Assembly (NCBI GenBank): GCA_036651815.1 | Contig: JAVVXB010000007.1 | Location: forward strand, 14,192 to 78,191 | Origin: Clostridia bacterium | Lineage (GTDB): Bacteria; Bacillota; Clostridia; Christensenellales; CAG-138 | Direction: 5' to 3' | DNA length: 64,000 bases | In this document: one piece after another, positions 27,091 through 36,610 of the stretch | Position numbering within the stretch: position 1 is the stretch's first letter | Layout of the letters: every line of letters begins with the position of its first letter | Notes under the pieces: generated by a model | The model's database searches: none | What the model was told of the DNA's origin: nothing | Seen by the model: the letters and a program-made list of their open reading frames with translations, nothing else | Program-made: the position numbers and the translations under genes

Positions 27091-27934
27091 ATGCTTTTCC
27101 TTCCTGTCTGCGGCCAAGATACGCCTCGATGACAACTGGGTCGTTCTTAATTTCTTCCGGCGAGCCCTTAGCAATGATCTTGCCGTAATTCAGCACAGCG
27201 ATGCCCTCACAGATACCCATGACAAGGTTCATATCGTGTTCGATGAGCATGATGGCGATCTCAAACGTATTTCGAATCCGCTGGATGTTTTCCATCAATT
27301 CGCCAGTTTCGGATGGATTCATGCCTGCGGCAGGTTCATCCAGAAGCAGGAGCTTTGGATTGGTTGCGAGGGCGCGGACGATCTCCAGTCGACGCTGTGC
27401 GCCATATGGGAGGGAACCGGCCTCCGTAGCCGCTAAATCCTGCATGTCGAAAATGCTCAGCAACTGCAGTGCGTTTTCGTGGGCCTTGCGTTCGCTTCTC
27501 CAGTAGGATGGCAGACGAAACAGGGAGCTGCCCAGCGAATATTCAAAGGCATTGTGCAGGCCAATCTTCACATTGTCCTCGACGGTCAGCTTTTTAAACA
27601 GACGGATGTTCTGAAAGGTCCGCGCAATGCCCATCCGGTTGAGTTGCCAGGTTTTTTTGCCGCGGATATCGACACCGTCGAGCAGAATGACGCCGCGTGT
27701 GGGCGTATAGACATTGGTCAACAGATTGAACACTGTGGTTTTGCCCGCGCCGTTCGGCCCGATCAGTCCTGCGATTTCTGTGCGACCGATGACCAGATTA
27801 AAGTCGGATACGGCGTGTAAACCGCCGAAATCAATGCCCAGATGATGGATGTCGAGGATGGGCGCGCTGCCGATATCACGCTCTGGAATCATGCCAAGAC
27901 TCGGCACAGGAACAAGTTTATCCATTCTCTTCAC
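27077..27934 (-). CDS. livG: Branched-chain amino acid ABC transporter ATP-binding protein LivG
   Basis: FGGLHAVSDF, Walker A GPNGAGKTT, LPYGAQRRLEIVRAL, LLLDEPAAG. The start is ambiguous: GTG 27934 or ATG 27925. Confidence 0.9.
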   Translation of the reverse strand: MKRMDKLVPVPSLGMIPERDIGSAPILDIHHLGIDFGGLHAVSDFNLVIGRTEIAGLIGPNGAGKTTVFNLLTNVYTPTRGVILLDGVDIRGKKTWQLNRMGIARTFQNIRLFKKLTVEDNVKIGLHNAFEYSLGSSLFRLPSYWRSERKAHENALQLLSIFDMQDLAATEAGSLPYGAQRRLEIVRALATNPKLLLLDEPAAGMNPSETGELMENIQRIRNTFEIAIMLIEHDMNLVMGICEGIAVLNYGKIIAKGSPEEIKNDPVVIEAYLGRRQEGKAYAEG

Positions 27935-28961
27935 CCGCTTTCTTCTTGGATTGCTTCTTCCGCTTTTTACCGTTGATCAGATGTTCCAGCAGCCGGCTCA
28001 GCGAAAAGTCATAGGTGCCAAACAGGCCGGTAGGTTTAAAGATCATCACAACGATGAGCAACAGGGAGTATACGATCATGCGGTACTGGGAAAACGCGCG
28101 CAGCAGTTCCGGTACGGCGGTGAGCACCGTTGCTGAGACGACCGAGCCGATCATACTACCCATACCACCAAGCACCACCATGACCAGAATTTCGATGGAC
28201 TTCATAAAGCCGAAGCCAGAAGGATTTAATATGCCCAGGTAGCTGGCGTACAGTGCGCCGGCTACACCCGCGAATACGGCGGAAACCGTGAAGCCCAGTG
28301 TTTTATAATAGGTAAGATTGATTCCGCAGGAGTCTGCCGCAATCTCGTTTTCGCGTACGGAGAGAATCGCTCGTCCGTGACGTGATTTCATGAGCGTATG
28401 AATCAGAAAACACACGATACCCACGCACAGAAAGGTGTTGAGGAACGTCGTGGTTTTCGGAATGCTCTTGAGGCTTGCCGCGCCGTAGGTGAGCTTGAAG
28501 CCCAGCACACTGTCGATGTTTAGTAGCACCACACGAATGATTTCACCAAAGCCCAGTGTGATAATGGCGAGATAATCGCCCTTGAGCCGCAAGGCGGGAA
28601 TGCCAATGAGGATGCCGAAGACACCTGCAACCAGACCGCCAAGAAGAATGCCAATGGGGAATGCGATATCGGCCGGTAGGCCGCTGCGCGTCATGAAAAT
28701 GGCGGATGCATATGCGCCGATGGCCATAAAGCCCGCGTGACCCAACGGAAGCTGACCCAGATAGCCGGTGGCAACGTTCAGCGACACGGCCAGGATGATG
28801 TTGATGCCAATGAGTACGATGATCTTGGCGTAGTAATTGCCGATGAAACCGCTCGCAATCAGCGCATTGCCGCCCAGCAGAAACAAAACGAACAGCACTG
28901 CGTTGATGCCGTAACGGATTGGCATGGGGATGCGTTTGTAAGGTTTATTATCCATTTTCAT
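27918..28961 (-). CDS. livM: Branched-chain amino acid ABC transporter permease LivM
   Basis: Polytopic, LGQLPLGHAGFMAIGAY block, AAAGGGGA RBS, position between livH and livG. Confidence 0.9.
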   Translation of the reverse strand: MKMDNKPYKRIPMPIRYGINAVLFVLFLLGGNALIASGFIGNYYAKIIVLIGINIILAVSLNVATGYLGQLPLGHAGFMAIGAYASAIFMTRSGLPADIAFPIGILLGGLVAGVFGILIGIPALRLKGDYLAIITLGFGEIIRVVLLNIDSVLGFKLTYGAASLKSIPKTTTFLNTFLCVGIVCFLIHTLMKSRHGRAILSVRENEIAADSCGINLTYYKTLGFTVSAVFAGVAGALYASYLGILNPSGFGFMKSIEILVMVVLGGMGSMIGSVVSATVLTAVPELLRAFSQYRMIVYSLLLIVVMIFKPTGLFGTYDFSLSRLLEHLINGKKRKKQSKKKAGEENG

Positions 28962-28967
28962 TCCCCT

Positions 28968-29855
28968 TTACACCTTTTCGGTCATCGGACGGCCAAGGAG
29001 ACCCGTGGGTTTTACCAGCAGTACAATGATCAGAATGGCGAATACAACGCCGTCCTTCCAGACGGATAGCCCAACGGTGGAAACTAGTGCCTCCGCAAGG
29101 CCGATGGCAAGTCCGCCAATCATTGCGCCGGGGATGGAGCCGATGCCGCCCAACACCGCCGCAACAAATGCCTTGAGGCCCAGCATGGAGCCCATGGTGG
29201 GGGTTGCCTGCGGATAGGCCGAGCAGTAGAGCACGGAACCGATGGCCGCCAGCGCACTGCCGATGGCAAACGTAAATGAAATGGTGCGGTTAATGTTGAT
29301 ACCCATGAGCTGCGCTGCGCCGGTATCTTCAGAAACGGCGCGCATGGCCTTGCCCATTTTGGTCTTTCGGATCAGTAGCGTCAGCGCAACCATGGAGATT
29401 GCCGTTGTTGCCAGCGTGACGATAGCTGTGCCGGAAACTTCGATGGAGCCAAACGATGGATTTGGCAGGGTAAAGAAGGTCGGAATCACCTGCGCATTGG
29501 CGCCAAATACCATTTGAGCAACGTTCTCAAGTAGGAATGAAATGCCAATGGCCGTGATCAAAAGTGAAATGCGCGGAGAACTGCGCAGGGGCTTGTAGGC
29601 GATCTTTTCAATCGTTACGCCAAGCAGTACGCAGCCGAAAATCGCGCAGATAATTGCAAGCAAAGGACTGAGCGCAAAGCGTGCCATGACGATCCACGCG
29701 ATGTAAGCGCCAATCATGATGATGTCTCCGTGGGCAAAATTCAACAGCATGATGATCCCATAGACCATGCTGTAGCCCAACGCCACGAGTGCATAGATGG
29801 AGCCGGATTGCAGTCCGTTGATGATTTGCCGAAGGATGGTGGAAAAGACGGACAT
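28968..29855 (-). CDS. livH: Branched-chain amino acid ABC transporter permease LivH
   Basis: MSVFSTILRQIINGLQSGSIYALVALG N-terminus and FAHGDIIMIGAY block. ATG 29855 has a GAGAGG RBS, whereas the upstream ATG 29876 has none. Confidence 0.9.
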   Translation of the reverse strand: MSVFSTILRQIINGLQSGSIYALVALGYSMVYGIIMLLNFAHGDIIMIGAYIAWIVMARFALSPLLAIICAIFGCVLLGVTIEKIAYKPLRSSPRISLLITAIGISFLLENVAQMVFGANAQVIPTFFTLPNPSFGSIEVSGTAIVTLATTAISMVALTLLIRKTKMGKAMRAVSEDTGAAQLMGININRTISFTFAIGSALAAIGSVLYCSAYPQATPTMGSMLGLKAFVAAVLGGIGSIPGAMIGGLAIGLAEALVSTVGLSVWKDGVVFAILIIVLLVKPTGLLGRPMTEKV

Positions 29856-29989
29856 AACTATTACCTCTCTTGACATGCGGGCGGGTTACGCCCCATGTCC
29901 ACTGAAACGGCCGAAGCCGTGCGAGGGGGAAAATGCCCCCGCACAGTCTCCGAACCCTACAATCGGCAAGACCGTTCTTACCGCATGAA

Positions 29990-31183
29990 TTAGAACATTT
30001 CCTTGAAGGTCTCGACACCATCGGTCAGCGTCATGATGACGGCATCCTTGATGGGGTTATTGTTCTCATCAAAGGTGTAGCCATTGGCACTGGTGACGCC
30101 GTCGACGCTGGCGCCTTCGCTCTTGATGGCATCAATGACCGCTTGCTTATAGGCATCACTGCCCTGTTTTTCGCCGGAAGCTTCGGCCTTTGTGAGGGCT
30201 GCACACATTAAGCTGGCTGCATCATAGGCCAGCGCTGCAAACATATTGGGGACATCTTCGCCGTATGCGGTCTTGTATGCCGCTTCAAAGGACTTGACCG
30301 CATCCGTCGAGTTGGGGGCATAAGCGGAGCAGTAGTAGCTGCCCTCAAGGTCGGCGGCGGAAGCATATTGCGCGATGCCTGCCCAACCATCGCCACCCAA
30401 AAAGGTTGCGGTGAGGCCGATGGAGCGAGCCTGCGTGATGATCATACCGTCATCCTGATAGTAGTTTGGGCAGAAGACGACATCCGGATTTTTACTCATG
30501 ATATTGGTCAGCTGTGCTTTAAAGTCCACGTCGCCCTTGGCGTAGCCTTCTTGCGCAACCACTTCGATTCCAAGTTCCGCACATTTTGCGACAAAAGCTT
30601 CGGCAAGACCGGCAGAGTAAGCATCGCCCGTCTGCACAATGACGCCGGCAGTCTTGGCGGAGAGCTTCTCGGTAGCATAGGTAGCCATCTTTTCACCCTG
30701 GAAAGGATCAATGAAGCAGGTGCGGAACACATTGGTGTACACCGTGCCATCGCTTTCGTTGACGGTGACGGCCGCGGCGGTGGCGGATGCGGTGATCATG
30801 GGCATGTTGATCGGATAAGCTTCTCCGACAACTGCGATGGTATTGCCGGTCAGGACGTCGCCCACGAGGCAGGTGATGCCATCCTGATCGACCATGCGGT
30901 TGAACGCGGTGACGGCTTCTGCGTCGTCACCCTTGTTGTCATACGCAACGACCTTGACCTGTTTGCCATTGATGCCGCCTGCGGCGTTGAGTTGGTCGAA
31001 GTAGAGCTGCGCGCCGTTTCTGACGGCCAGGCCATAGACAGCGGTGTCACCGGTATAGGGGCCTTCCATGCCGACGATGATTTCGCCAGTGGCGGTGTCA
31101 GTGGCGGGTGCTGCCGGCGCACAGCCGGCGAATACAGCGGCCATCATCATGAGAGCCATTACAGTGCAAAACATTTTTTTCAT
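29990..31183 (-). CDS. Branched-chain amino acid ABC transporter substrate-binding lipoprotein (LivJ/K family)
   Basis: Lipobox AVFAGC; periplasmic-binding type I blocks GPYTGDTAVYG, INGKQVKVVAYDNKGD; GGGAGG RBS. Confidence 0.9.
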   Translation of the reverse strand: MKKMFCTVMALMMMAAVFAGCAPAAPATDTATGEIIVGMEGPYTGDTAVYGLAVRNGAQLYFDQLNAAGGINGKQVKVVAYDNKGDDAEAVTAFNRMVDQDGITCLVGDVLTGNTIAVVGEAYPINMPMITASATAAAVTVNESDGTVYTNVFRTCFIDPFQGEKMATYATEKLSAKTAGVIVQTGDAYSAGLAEAFVAKCAELGIEVVAQEGYAKGDVDFKAQLTNIMSKNPDVVFCPNYYQDDGMIITQARSIGLTATFLGGDGWAGIAQYASAADLEGSYYCSAYAPNSTDAVKSFEAAYKTAYGEDVPNMFAALAYDAASLMCAALTKAEASGEKQGSDAYKQAVIDAIKSEGASVDGVTSANGYTFDENNNPIKDAVIMTLTDGVETFKEMF

Positions 31184-31241
31184 TTTTTTATTTCCTCCCT
31201 ATTATTGCTTATTTGTTCGGGTGGCTTTCGCTGCCCGAATT

Positions 31242-31272
31242 AAAAAACGGCGGTTCCGCTTTGGAACCGCCG
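31242..31272 (-). terminator. Strong intrinsic terminator between a small upstream ORF and the liv operon
   Basis: Minus strand: perfect 10-bp stem CGGCGGTTCC / GGAACCGCCG, 5-nt loop, then T6. It lies 16 nt after the sORF stop and 58 nt before the liv SBP ATG. Confidence 0.85.
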
Positions 31273-31288
31273 CAATTTACCTAAAAAA

Positions 31289-31504
31289 TCAGGATACAGC
31301 TTTGTTCCGATGCGGAGTATGGCGCACTAGCGCCAGGCTAATCAGGATGCCGCATAGTACAGCAACCAAAATAAGCAATACGCTCAGCGAAATGCTGAGC
31401 GTACGAAGAATCAGAATAGAAGAAGTTGCCGCAGCGCACGCAAACATAGCAGATGCGGCTGGCATCGCGTTGGTGTAGGCTTTGTTTGCGGTCGTGTTTT
31501 TCAT
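31289..31504 (-). CDS. 71-codon hydrophobic, Ile/Leu/Val-rich small ORF upstream of liv
   Basis: GGAG RBS 7 nt before the ATG and a near-consensus promoter upstream. The sequence MKNTTANKAYTN...SSILILRTLSISLSVLLILVAVLCGILISLALVRHTPHRNKAVS contains one or two TM-like spans. Confidence 0.45.
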   Translation of the reverse strand: MKNTTANKAYTNAMPAASAMFACAAATSSILILRTLSISLSVLLILVAVLCGILISLALVRHTPHRNKAVS

Positions 31505-31542
31505 GGTGCGGCTCCGTTCTGCAAATATTTGATAATGGGGTT

Positions 31543-31571
31543 AATTTAGCACCATTCTTTCGCCTTGTCAA
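31543..31571 (-). promoter_or_regulatory. Near-consensus sigma-A promoter reading toward the sORF and liv operon
   Basis: Minus strand: TTGACA (31571-31566), 17-nt spacer ending TGc, then TAAATT (31548-31543). Confidence 0.65.
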
Positions 31572-31632
31572 GCAAAAGAATATATTTTCTACATTTATTT
31601 TATGATGGTTCGCCTTAGACGTGTTACAGGAC

Positions 31633-31661
31633 ATTTACGCGGACGCAAGAATATGGTATCA
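31633..31661 (+). promoter_or_regulatory. Divergent promoter for the 421-aa membrane protein gene
   Basis: TTTACG (31633-31638), 17-nt spacer, extended -10 TGgTATCAT (31653-31661). Confidence 0.5.
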
Positions 31662-31761
31662 TGCAACATAATTACAGACAAGTGCGCCAGCCGGGTATGC
31701 ACTTGCTTTTCCAGAATCGTTCCGGCGTTTCGGATGCCAAAAGGTAGGAGGAATGTAGCGG

Positions 31762-33027
31762 ATGAGGAGACTCAAATCATTGGGAAAATTTACAGGTATT
31801 TTTGCATGCCTTATGATTGGCGGCTATGTACTACTGTTTATCGCGGGGTTGATTTCCCAGGAAGCAGTCACCGACAGCATGCAACTCTCCGCCAGCCAAC
31901 TGAAAGAGGAGGGCTATGCGCCCGTGCTGCTGATTCGCAGCGATGGTTCCTATCAACTGGATAATTTTTCAGAAACGCGCATGCTGCTTTCCAGTTTATA
32001 TATGAACACGCGTGAGACACCGAAGTCGGTTTTGATCAATCCGACCTATGAAGGCGAGCATGATCCGATTGCTACCATCAATGCGGTTGCCGAAACTGGC
32101 AATTTTCCATCGGCAGACACGTATTTTACGCATGCGATCATGGGTTTTCGTTCCGTAATCCGCGTACTGCTTGCTTTTTTGAATCTGAGGCAGATTCGGC
32201 GCTTGCTGATGTGGCTGGTTCTGCTGCTGTTTACGGCGAATGTGCTCAGCATTCGGAGGCACAGCAGCATACTCATGTCCTTTCTATTTGCTGCGGCGTT
32301 TCTGTCGATTAATCCGATCATGGTGATGAGCTCTCTCCAGTATGCCTGCTGCTTCATCCTTGCGCTGACCGCAATGCTGTTGATGCCGTATATCGGCAAA
32401 TGGAAGATATCCGAGCCGATGGTATTTTTTATCATCGGCGGTGTTACCCAGTATTTTGACCTGTACACCGTACCCATCATCACCTTTGGACTACCCATCA
32501 TCATTCGCCTGCTGATCAAGCAGCGTGAAGGTGAATTGCTGACGTTTCGCGCGGATCTCGTTTTTGTGTGCAAGTGTCTTGGTGCGTGGCTAACCGCCTA
32601 CGTTGGCATGTGGCTGTGCAATCTGTGGGTCACCACACTTTTTACGGATTTCAATGCGTGGAAGGACGGAATCGCGGTGCTTGGCGAGAGCATTGGAATT
32701 CCTGGGCATGTACATCCGTTATCCGCGCTTGCGGGGGCATTCAAATATCTTGTGACCATTGAGTGCGCACTATGCCTGATTGGGTTTATCATTGCTTGGC
32801 CGTTTATGATGGATACCCGCGCACGAAGGAAGGTTGGCTATCGGCAGGGCCGCATCTTCCTGCTGATTGCGCTGCTGCCGGTTGCTTGGCTTGCAATCAG
32901 TTCACACAGCGTGCTGCATGAGGGGTATTATCAATACCGGGTGCTCATTGTAACTATTTTTAGTGGATTGTGTTTTTATGCAAAGCCAACACAATACCTT
33001 GAAAAGAACATGCGAAAGCCTATATAA
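31762..33027 (+). CDS. Polytopic integral membrane protein, family not recognised
   Basis: GGAGGA RBS; N-terminal TM, then a roughly 110-aa extracytoplasmic segment, then about 9 further hydrophobic spans. Confidence 0.6.
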   Translation: MRRLKSLGKFTGIFACLMIGGYVLLFIAGLISQEAVTDSMQLSASQLKEEGYAPVLLIRSDGSYQLDNFSETRMLLSSLYMNTRETPKSVLINPTYEGEHDPIATINAVAETGNFPSADTYFTHAIMGFRSVIRVLLAFLNLRQIRRLLMWLVLLLFTANVLSIRRHSSILMSFLFAAAFLSINPIMVMSSLQYACCFILALTAMLLMPYIGKWKISEPMVFFIIGGVTQYFDLYTVPIITFGLPIIIRLLIKQREGELLTFRADLVFVCKCLGAWLTAYVGMWLCNLWVTTLFTDFNAWKDGIAVLGESIGIPGHVHPLSALAGAFKYLVTIECALCLIGFIIAWPFMMDTRARRKVGYRQGRIFLLIALLPVAWLAISSHSVLHEGYYQYRVLIVTIFSGLCFYAKPTQYLEKNMRKPI

Positions 33028-33061
33028 TAGATATCAGTATTTTTTTGGAGGATTAGCAAGT

Positions 33062-34384
33062 ATGGATCGTTACTGTAACAATGTCGGTGTATGCGTGCCG
33101 CGTGTCCTGCTCCCGAAAGAGGGTTCCAATTTCATGAAATGGGCGGTTGTAGCCTGTGACCAATATACTTCGCAACCAGAATACTGGGCATCGGCGAAGA
33201 AATTTGTTGGCAAAGCACCTTCAACGCTGGAATTAATCCTCCCGGAGGCCTTTCTGGGGAAACCGGAGGAGAAGGAGAAGATTGCGTCAATCCGCCAGCA
33301 TATGCGCGACTATCTAAAGACCGGCGTGCTGGAAGAGAAGCCACAAGGGTTTGTACTGGTTACCCGCACGGTGGCGGGGCAGACGCGCACCGGCCTTGTG
33401 ATGGCACTGGACCTAGACGCATATGATTATCATAAGGGCGCGGTGACTTTAATTCGCGCCACAGAAGGTACGATTGAATCTCGTATTCCTCCGCGCCTGA
33501 AGATTCGTGAAGGCGCGCCGCTGGAACTGCCACATATTCTTGTGCTGATTGACGACCCGGAAAAAACCGTCATTGAGCCGCTTGTGGCGGATCAGAAACG
33601 GTTCAGCTTGCTCTACAATACCGATCTCATGCTGGGCGGCGGTCATATTGAAGGGCGTTTGGTTTCCGAAGAGCCGGCCATTCTTGGTGTGCTTTCCGCT
33701 CTTGATAAATTGGCAAATCCGGAATCCTTTGGCAACAAGTATGGGGAAGGGGCTGCACCGTTACTGTTTGCCATGGGAGATGGAAACCACAGCTTTGCTA
33801 CAGCCAAGGCGTACTGGGAAAAGATTAAGGCGCAGTTGCCGGAAGAGGAACGGGTGGATCATCCGGCGCGTTATGCACTTGTGGAGGTAGAGAATGTCCA
33901 TGACGATGGCATTGTGTTTGAGCCAATCCATCGCGTGGTATTCGGGTTGTTTGGAAACGGCGCAATTGAAAAACTGCAAAAAGTACTGAAAACACAGAAT
34001 GGGGACGTTTGCGTGCAGCTTGGCGAGCACAAGGCCGCAGGTGGAGACGTCAAGCATGTGCTACCGTTTATCACGGGTGAAACCAGCGGCGCGTTTATCG
34101 TCGAAAAACCCGTGCAGCAGCTGGCCGTCGGGACGCTGCAAAGCGCGATTGATGCCGTGCTTGCGGAGAACCCCGGCGCGGAGGTGGATTATATCCATGG
34201 TGTGGACGTGGTTCGCGAACTGATCAAAACCGGTAATGCCATCGGCTTTTTGCTGCCTTCCATGGGTAAGAAGGAGCTGTTTCCGACTGTCATTTATGAT
34301 GGTGCATTGCCAAGGAAGACCTTCTCGATGGGGGAAGCGAATGAAAAACGGTACTATATGGAGTGCCGTCTCATAGAAAAATAA
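33062..34384 (+). CDS. DUF1015-like protein
   Basis: GGAGGA RBS before ATG 33062; length about 440 aa; AMGDGNHSFATAKAYW sits in the position of the DUF1015 ADGHHR motif. Assignment is from memory of the family and is moderate. Confidence 0.5.
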   Translation: MDRYCNNVGVCVPRVLLPKEGSNFMKWAVVACDQYTSQPEYWASAKKFVGKAPSTLELILPEAFLGKPEEKEKIASIRQHMRDYLKTGVLEEKPQGFVLVTRTVAGQTRTGLVMALDLDAYDYHKGAVTLIRATEGTIESRIPPRLKIREGAPLELPHILVLIDDPEKTVIEPLVADQKRFSLLYNTDLMLGGGHIEGRLVSEEPAILGVLSALDKLANPESFGNKYGEGAAPLLFAMGDGNHSFATAKAYWEKIKAQLPEEERVDHPARYALVEVENVHDDGIVFEPIHRVVFGLFGNGAIEKLQKVLKTQNGDVCVQLGEHKAAGGDVKHVLPFITGETSGAFIVEKPVQQLAVGTLQSAIDAVLAENPGAEVDYIHGVDVVRELIKTGNAIGFLLPSMGKKELFPTVIYDGALPRKTFSMGEANEKRYYMECRLIEK

Positions 34385-34405
34385 CAAATAAGGAAACAAA
34401 CCGAC

Positions 34406-35722
34406 ATGGCCATTAAAGTTACAAAATTCGGTGGAAGCTCGCTGGCTCAGGCTTCGTGCTTTCAAAAAGTCAAGGAGATCATCCTTGCGGACAAAACACG
34501 TAAATTCGTGGTGCCCAGCGCACCTGGCAAACGTTATCCCGGCGATGAAAAAATTACGGATCTGCTCTATCTATGCTACGCACAGGTCAGCCAAGGACTG
34601 GAGTTTGACGCCACCTATCAGCAGATTATTGACCGTTATGTTGGCATTGAAACCGAACTTGGGCTATCCACTAACATCATTGGGGAACTGAAAGCCATTC
34701 AGCACAACATCGAAAATGGCGCCAGCGAAGATTTTATAGCAAGCCGCGGCGAGTATTTAAACGGATTGCTGCTGGCGGAATATCTAGGTTTTACGTTTTA
34801 TGATGCGGCAGAGCTGATTTGCTTTCATTCCGACGGCACGTATGACGATGAGACGACCCAGAAGTGGACGCAGAAGCTTATCGATCAGGAAAACATCGTC
34901 GTGCCGGGTTTCTATGGCAGAAAGCGCGATGGCAGCATTAAGACCTTCTCCCGCGGCGGATCGGACATCACCGGCTCCATCGTTGCTCGTGCGGTGCAGG
35001 CGGACGTATATGAAAACTGGACGGACGTGAGCGGCTTTCTCATGGCGGACCCACGGATTGTGGACCATCCAAAAGCCATCAACATCGTGACCTATTCAGA
35101 ATTACGGGAGCTTTCCTATATGGGTGCGACCGTGCTGCATGAGGATTCCATCTTTCCAGTGCGCCGCGCACATATCCCGATCAATGTGCGCAATACCAAT
35201 CGTCCAGAGGACGAGGGAACCATGGTCATTCCGGATAGTTATCTCAAGTATTACAAACGCGAGGGACAGTTGACCGGTGTGGCGGGGCGTACAGGGTTTA
35301 CCGTTATTACGGTTTACAAAGACAATATGCACAATGAGATCGGCTTTGGCTATCGTCTACTGCGCGTGCTGGAACGATATAATATTTCCTTTGAGCATGT
35401 ACCCAGCGGCATTGATACAATGAGCCTTGTCATTTCGGATGATAAACTGCGCGATAATCTGGAAGCGGTGCTACGGGAAATTCAACATGACTGCGATCCG
35501 CAATCCATTGAACTGCACAGCAACATGGCGCTGGTCGCCACCGTTGGCAAGGGCATGATTCGCTCCCTTGGCGTAGCCGCACGTTTGTTTAATGCGCTGT
35601 ATGAAGCGGGCATCAACATCCGTATGATTGATCAAGGAAGCAGCGAAATGAACATCATTGTCGGGATCGAGAACGACGATTTGAACAATGCGGTGCGCGC
35701 AATCTATAAAGCATTCGCGTGA
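34406..35722 (+). CDS. Aspartate kinase (monofunctional class)
   Basis: MAIKVTKFGGSSLA N-terminus, VVPSAPGK, SRGGSDITGS, and C-terminal tandem ACT-like region ending IIVGIENDDLNNAVRAIYKAF. Confidence 0.9.
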   Translation: MAIKVTKFGGSSLAQASCFQKVKEIILADKTRKFVVPSAPGKRYPGDEKITDLLYLCYAQVSQGLEFDATYQQIIDRYVGIETELGLSTNIIGELKAIQHNIENGASEDFIASRGEYLNGLLLAEYLGFTFYDAAELICFHSDGTYDDETTQKWTQKLIDQENIVVPGFYGRKRDGSIKTFSRGGSDITGSIVARAVQADVYENWTDVSGFLMADPRIVDHPKAINIVTYSELRELSYMGATVLHEDSIFPVRRAHIPINVRNTNRPEDEGTMVIPDSYLKYYKREGQLTGVAGRTGFTVITVYKDNMHNEIGFGYRLLRVLERYNISFEHVPSGIDTMSLVISDDKLRDNLEAVLREIQHDCDPQSIELHSNMALVATVGKGMIRSLGVAARLFNALYEAGINIRMIDQGSSEMNIIVGIENDDLNNAVRAIYKAFA

Positions 35723-36051
35723 TTGGCGCAATGCGACAAAGCTGATGCGCGAACGTTGCATCAATGCCAAAGCAAGTCATTCAGAGATGACCTATCGTTT
35801 GCTGCCTGAGTCCGTCGCAGATCAGTGCTTTTTGATGGGCGCAACGTATTTTGCTTGTGCCGAACATTGTCTGGATCAGCAAAACATACCGGAATTTCGC
35901 CCGTATTGGACGGGCTGCTCCACCGAAGGAATCGTAGGAAATGAAACGGAGGATTGCCTGGCCTGCGGACGCTCAACTTGTCCTTATTAGATCGGATAAG
36001 CGTACCATTCTGAGTGGACGATTATTAAATGGAGCAGGAGAAGAAGCAAGT

Positions 36052-36525
36052 TTGAACATCAGAAAATACCGGCATGCGGATTGCCCCATCTTGATCGAAT
36101 TGTTTTACGAAACGGTTCACGCGATTCCCACAACGGATTATACAAAAGAACAACTGGATGCGTGGGCAACAGGCTGCATCGATATGGAAAAATGGGATCG
36201 GGCCTTTTGCGGACATTCCACATTCGTTGCGGAACATAACGGCGAGATTGTTGGGTTCTCCGATATGGACGGAACCGGATATCTCGATAGATTATATGTG
36301 CATAGAGATCATCAGAAAAAAGGAATAGGTGCTGCTCTTGTTTTGCGTCTGGAGGAAAACGCCATGCGAAATGGGCTATCAATCTTTGAAGTACACGCGT
36401 CCATTACCGCAAGACCATTTTTTGAGCGACAAGGGTATACGCTAATACGGGATCAGGCTGTCGTAAGAAACGGGATAGTGCTCAAAAATTATGTCATGAA
36501 AAAAGAGGTTAACGGCGGGCGTTGA
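36052..36525 (+). CDS. GNAT-family N-acetyltransferase
   Basis: Core motif A LYVHRDHQKKGIGAALVLRLEE. TTG 36052 (LNIRKYRHAD) follows an AGGAGA RBS. The track ORF from 35941 adds 37 aa with no family support. Confidence 0.75.
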   Translation: MNIRKYRHADCPILIELFYETVHAIPTTDYTKEQLDAWATGCIDMEKWDRAFCGHSTFVAEHNGEIVGFSDMDGTGYLDRLYVHRDHQKKGIGAALVLRLEENAMRNGLSIFEVHASITARPFFERQGYTLIRDQAVVRNGIVLKNYVMKKEVNGGR

Positions 36526-36566
36526 CGTGATGCACCATCGCAATCCCTATATGCCAAAGTTATAGA

Positions 36567-36610
36567 AAAGCACTGAACCATCTGAATGTTTTAGATGGTT
36601 CAGTGCTTTT
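36567..36610 (+). terminator. Intrinsic terminator of the GNAT gene
   Basis: 17-bp perfect stem AAAAGCACTGAACCATCT / AGATGGTTCAGTGCTTTT with a 9-nt loop and a T-run. Confidence 0.85.

Noticed and set aside
31273-31300. Possible CodY box near the liv leader (GATTTTTTAGGTAAATT on the minus strand)
   Set aside because: Too many mismatches to the AATTTTCWGAAAATT consensus as I remember it. It cannot be supported without a scoring matrix.
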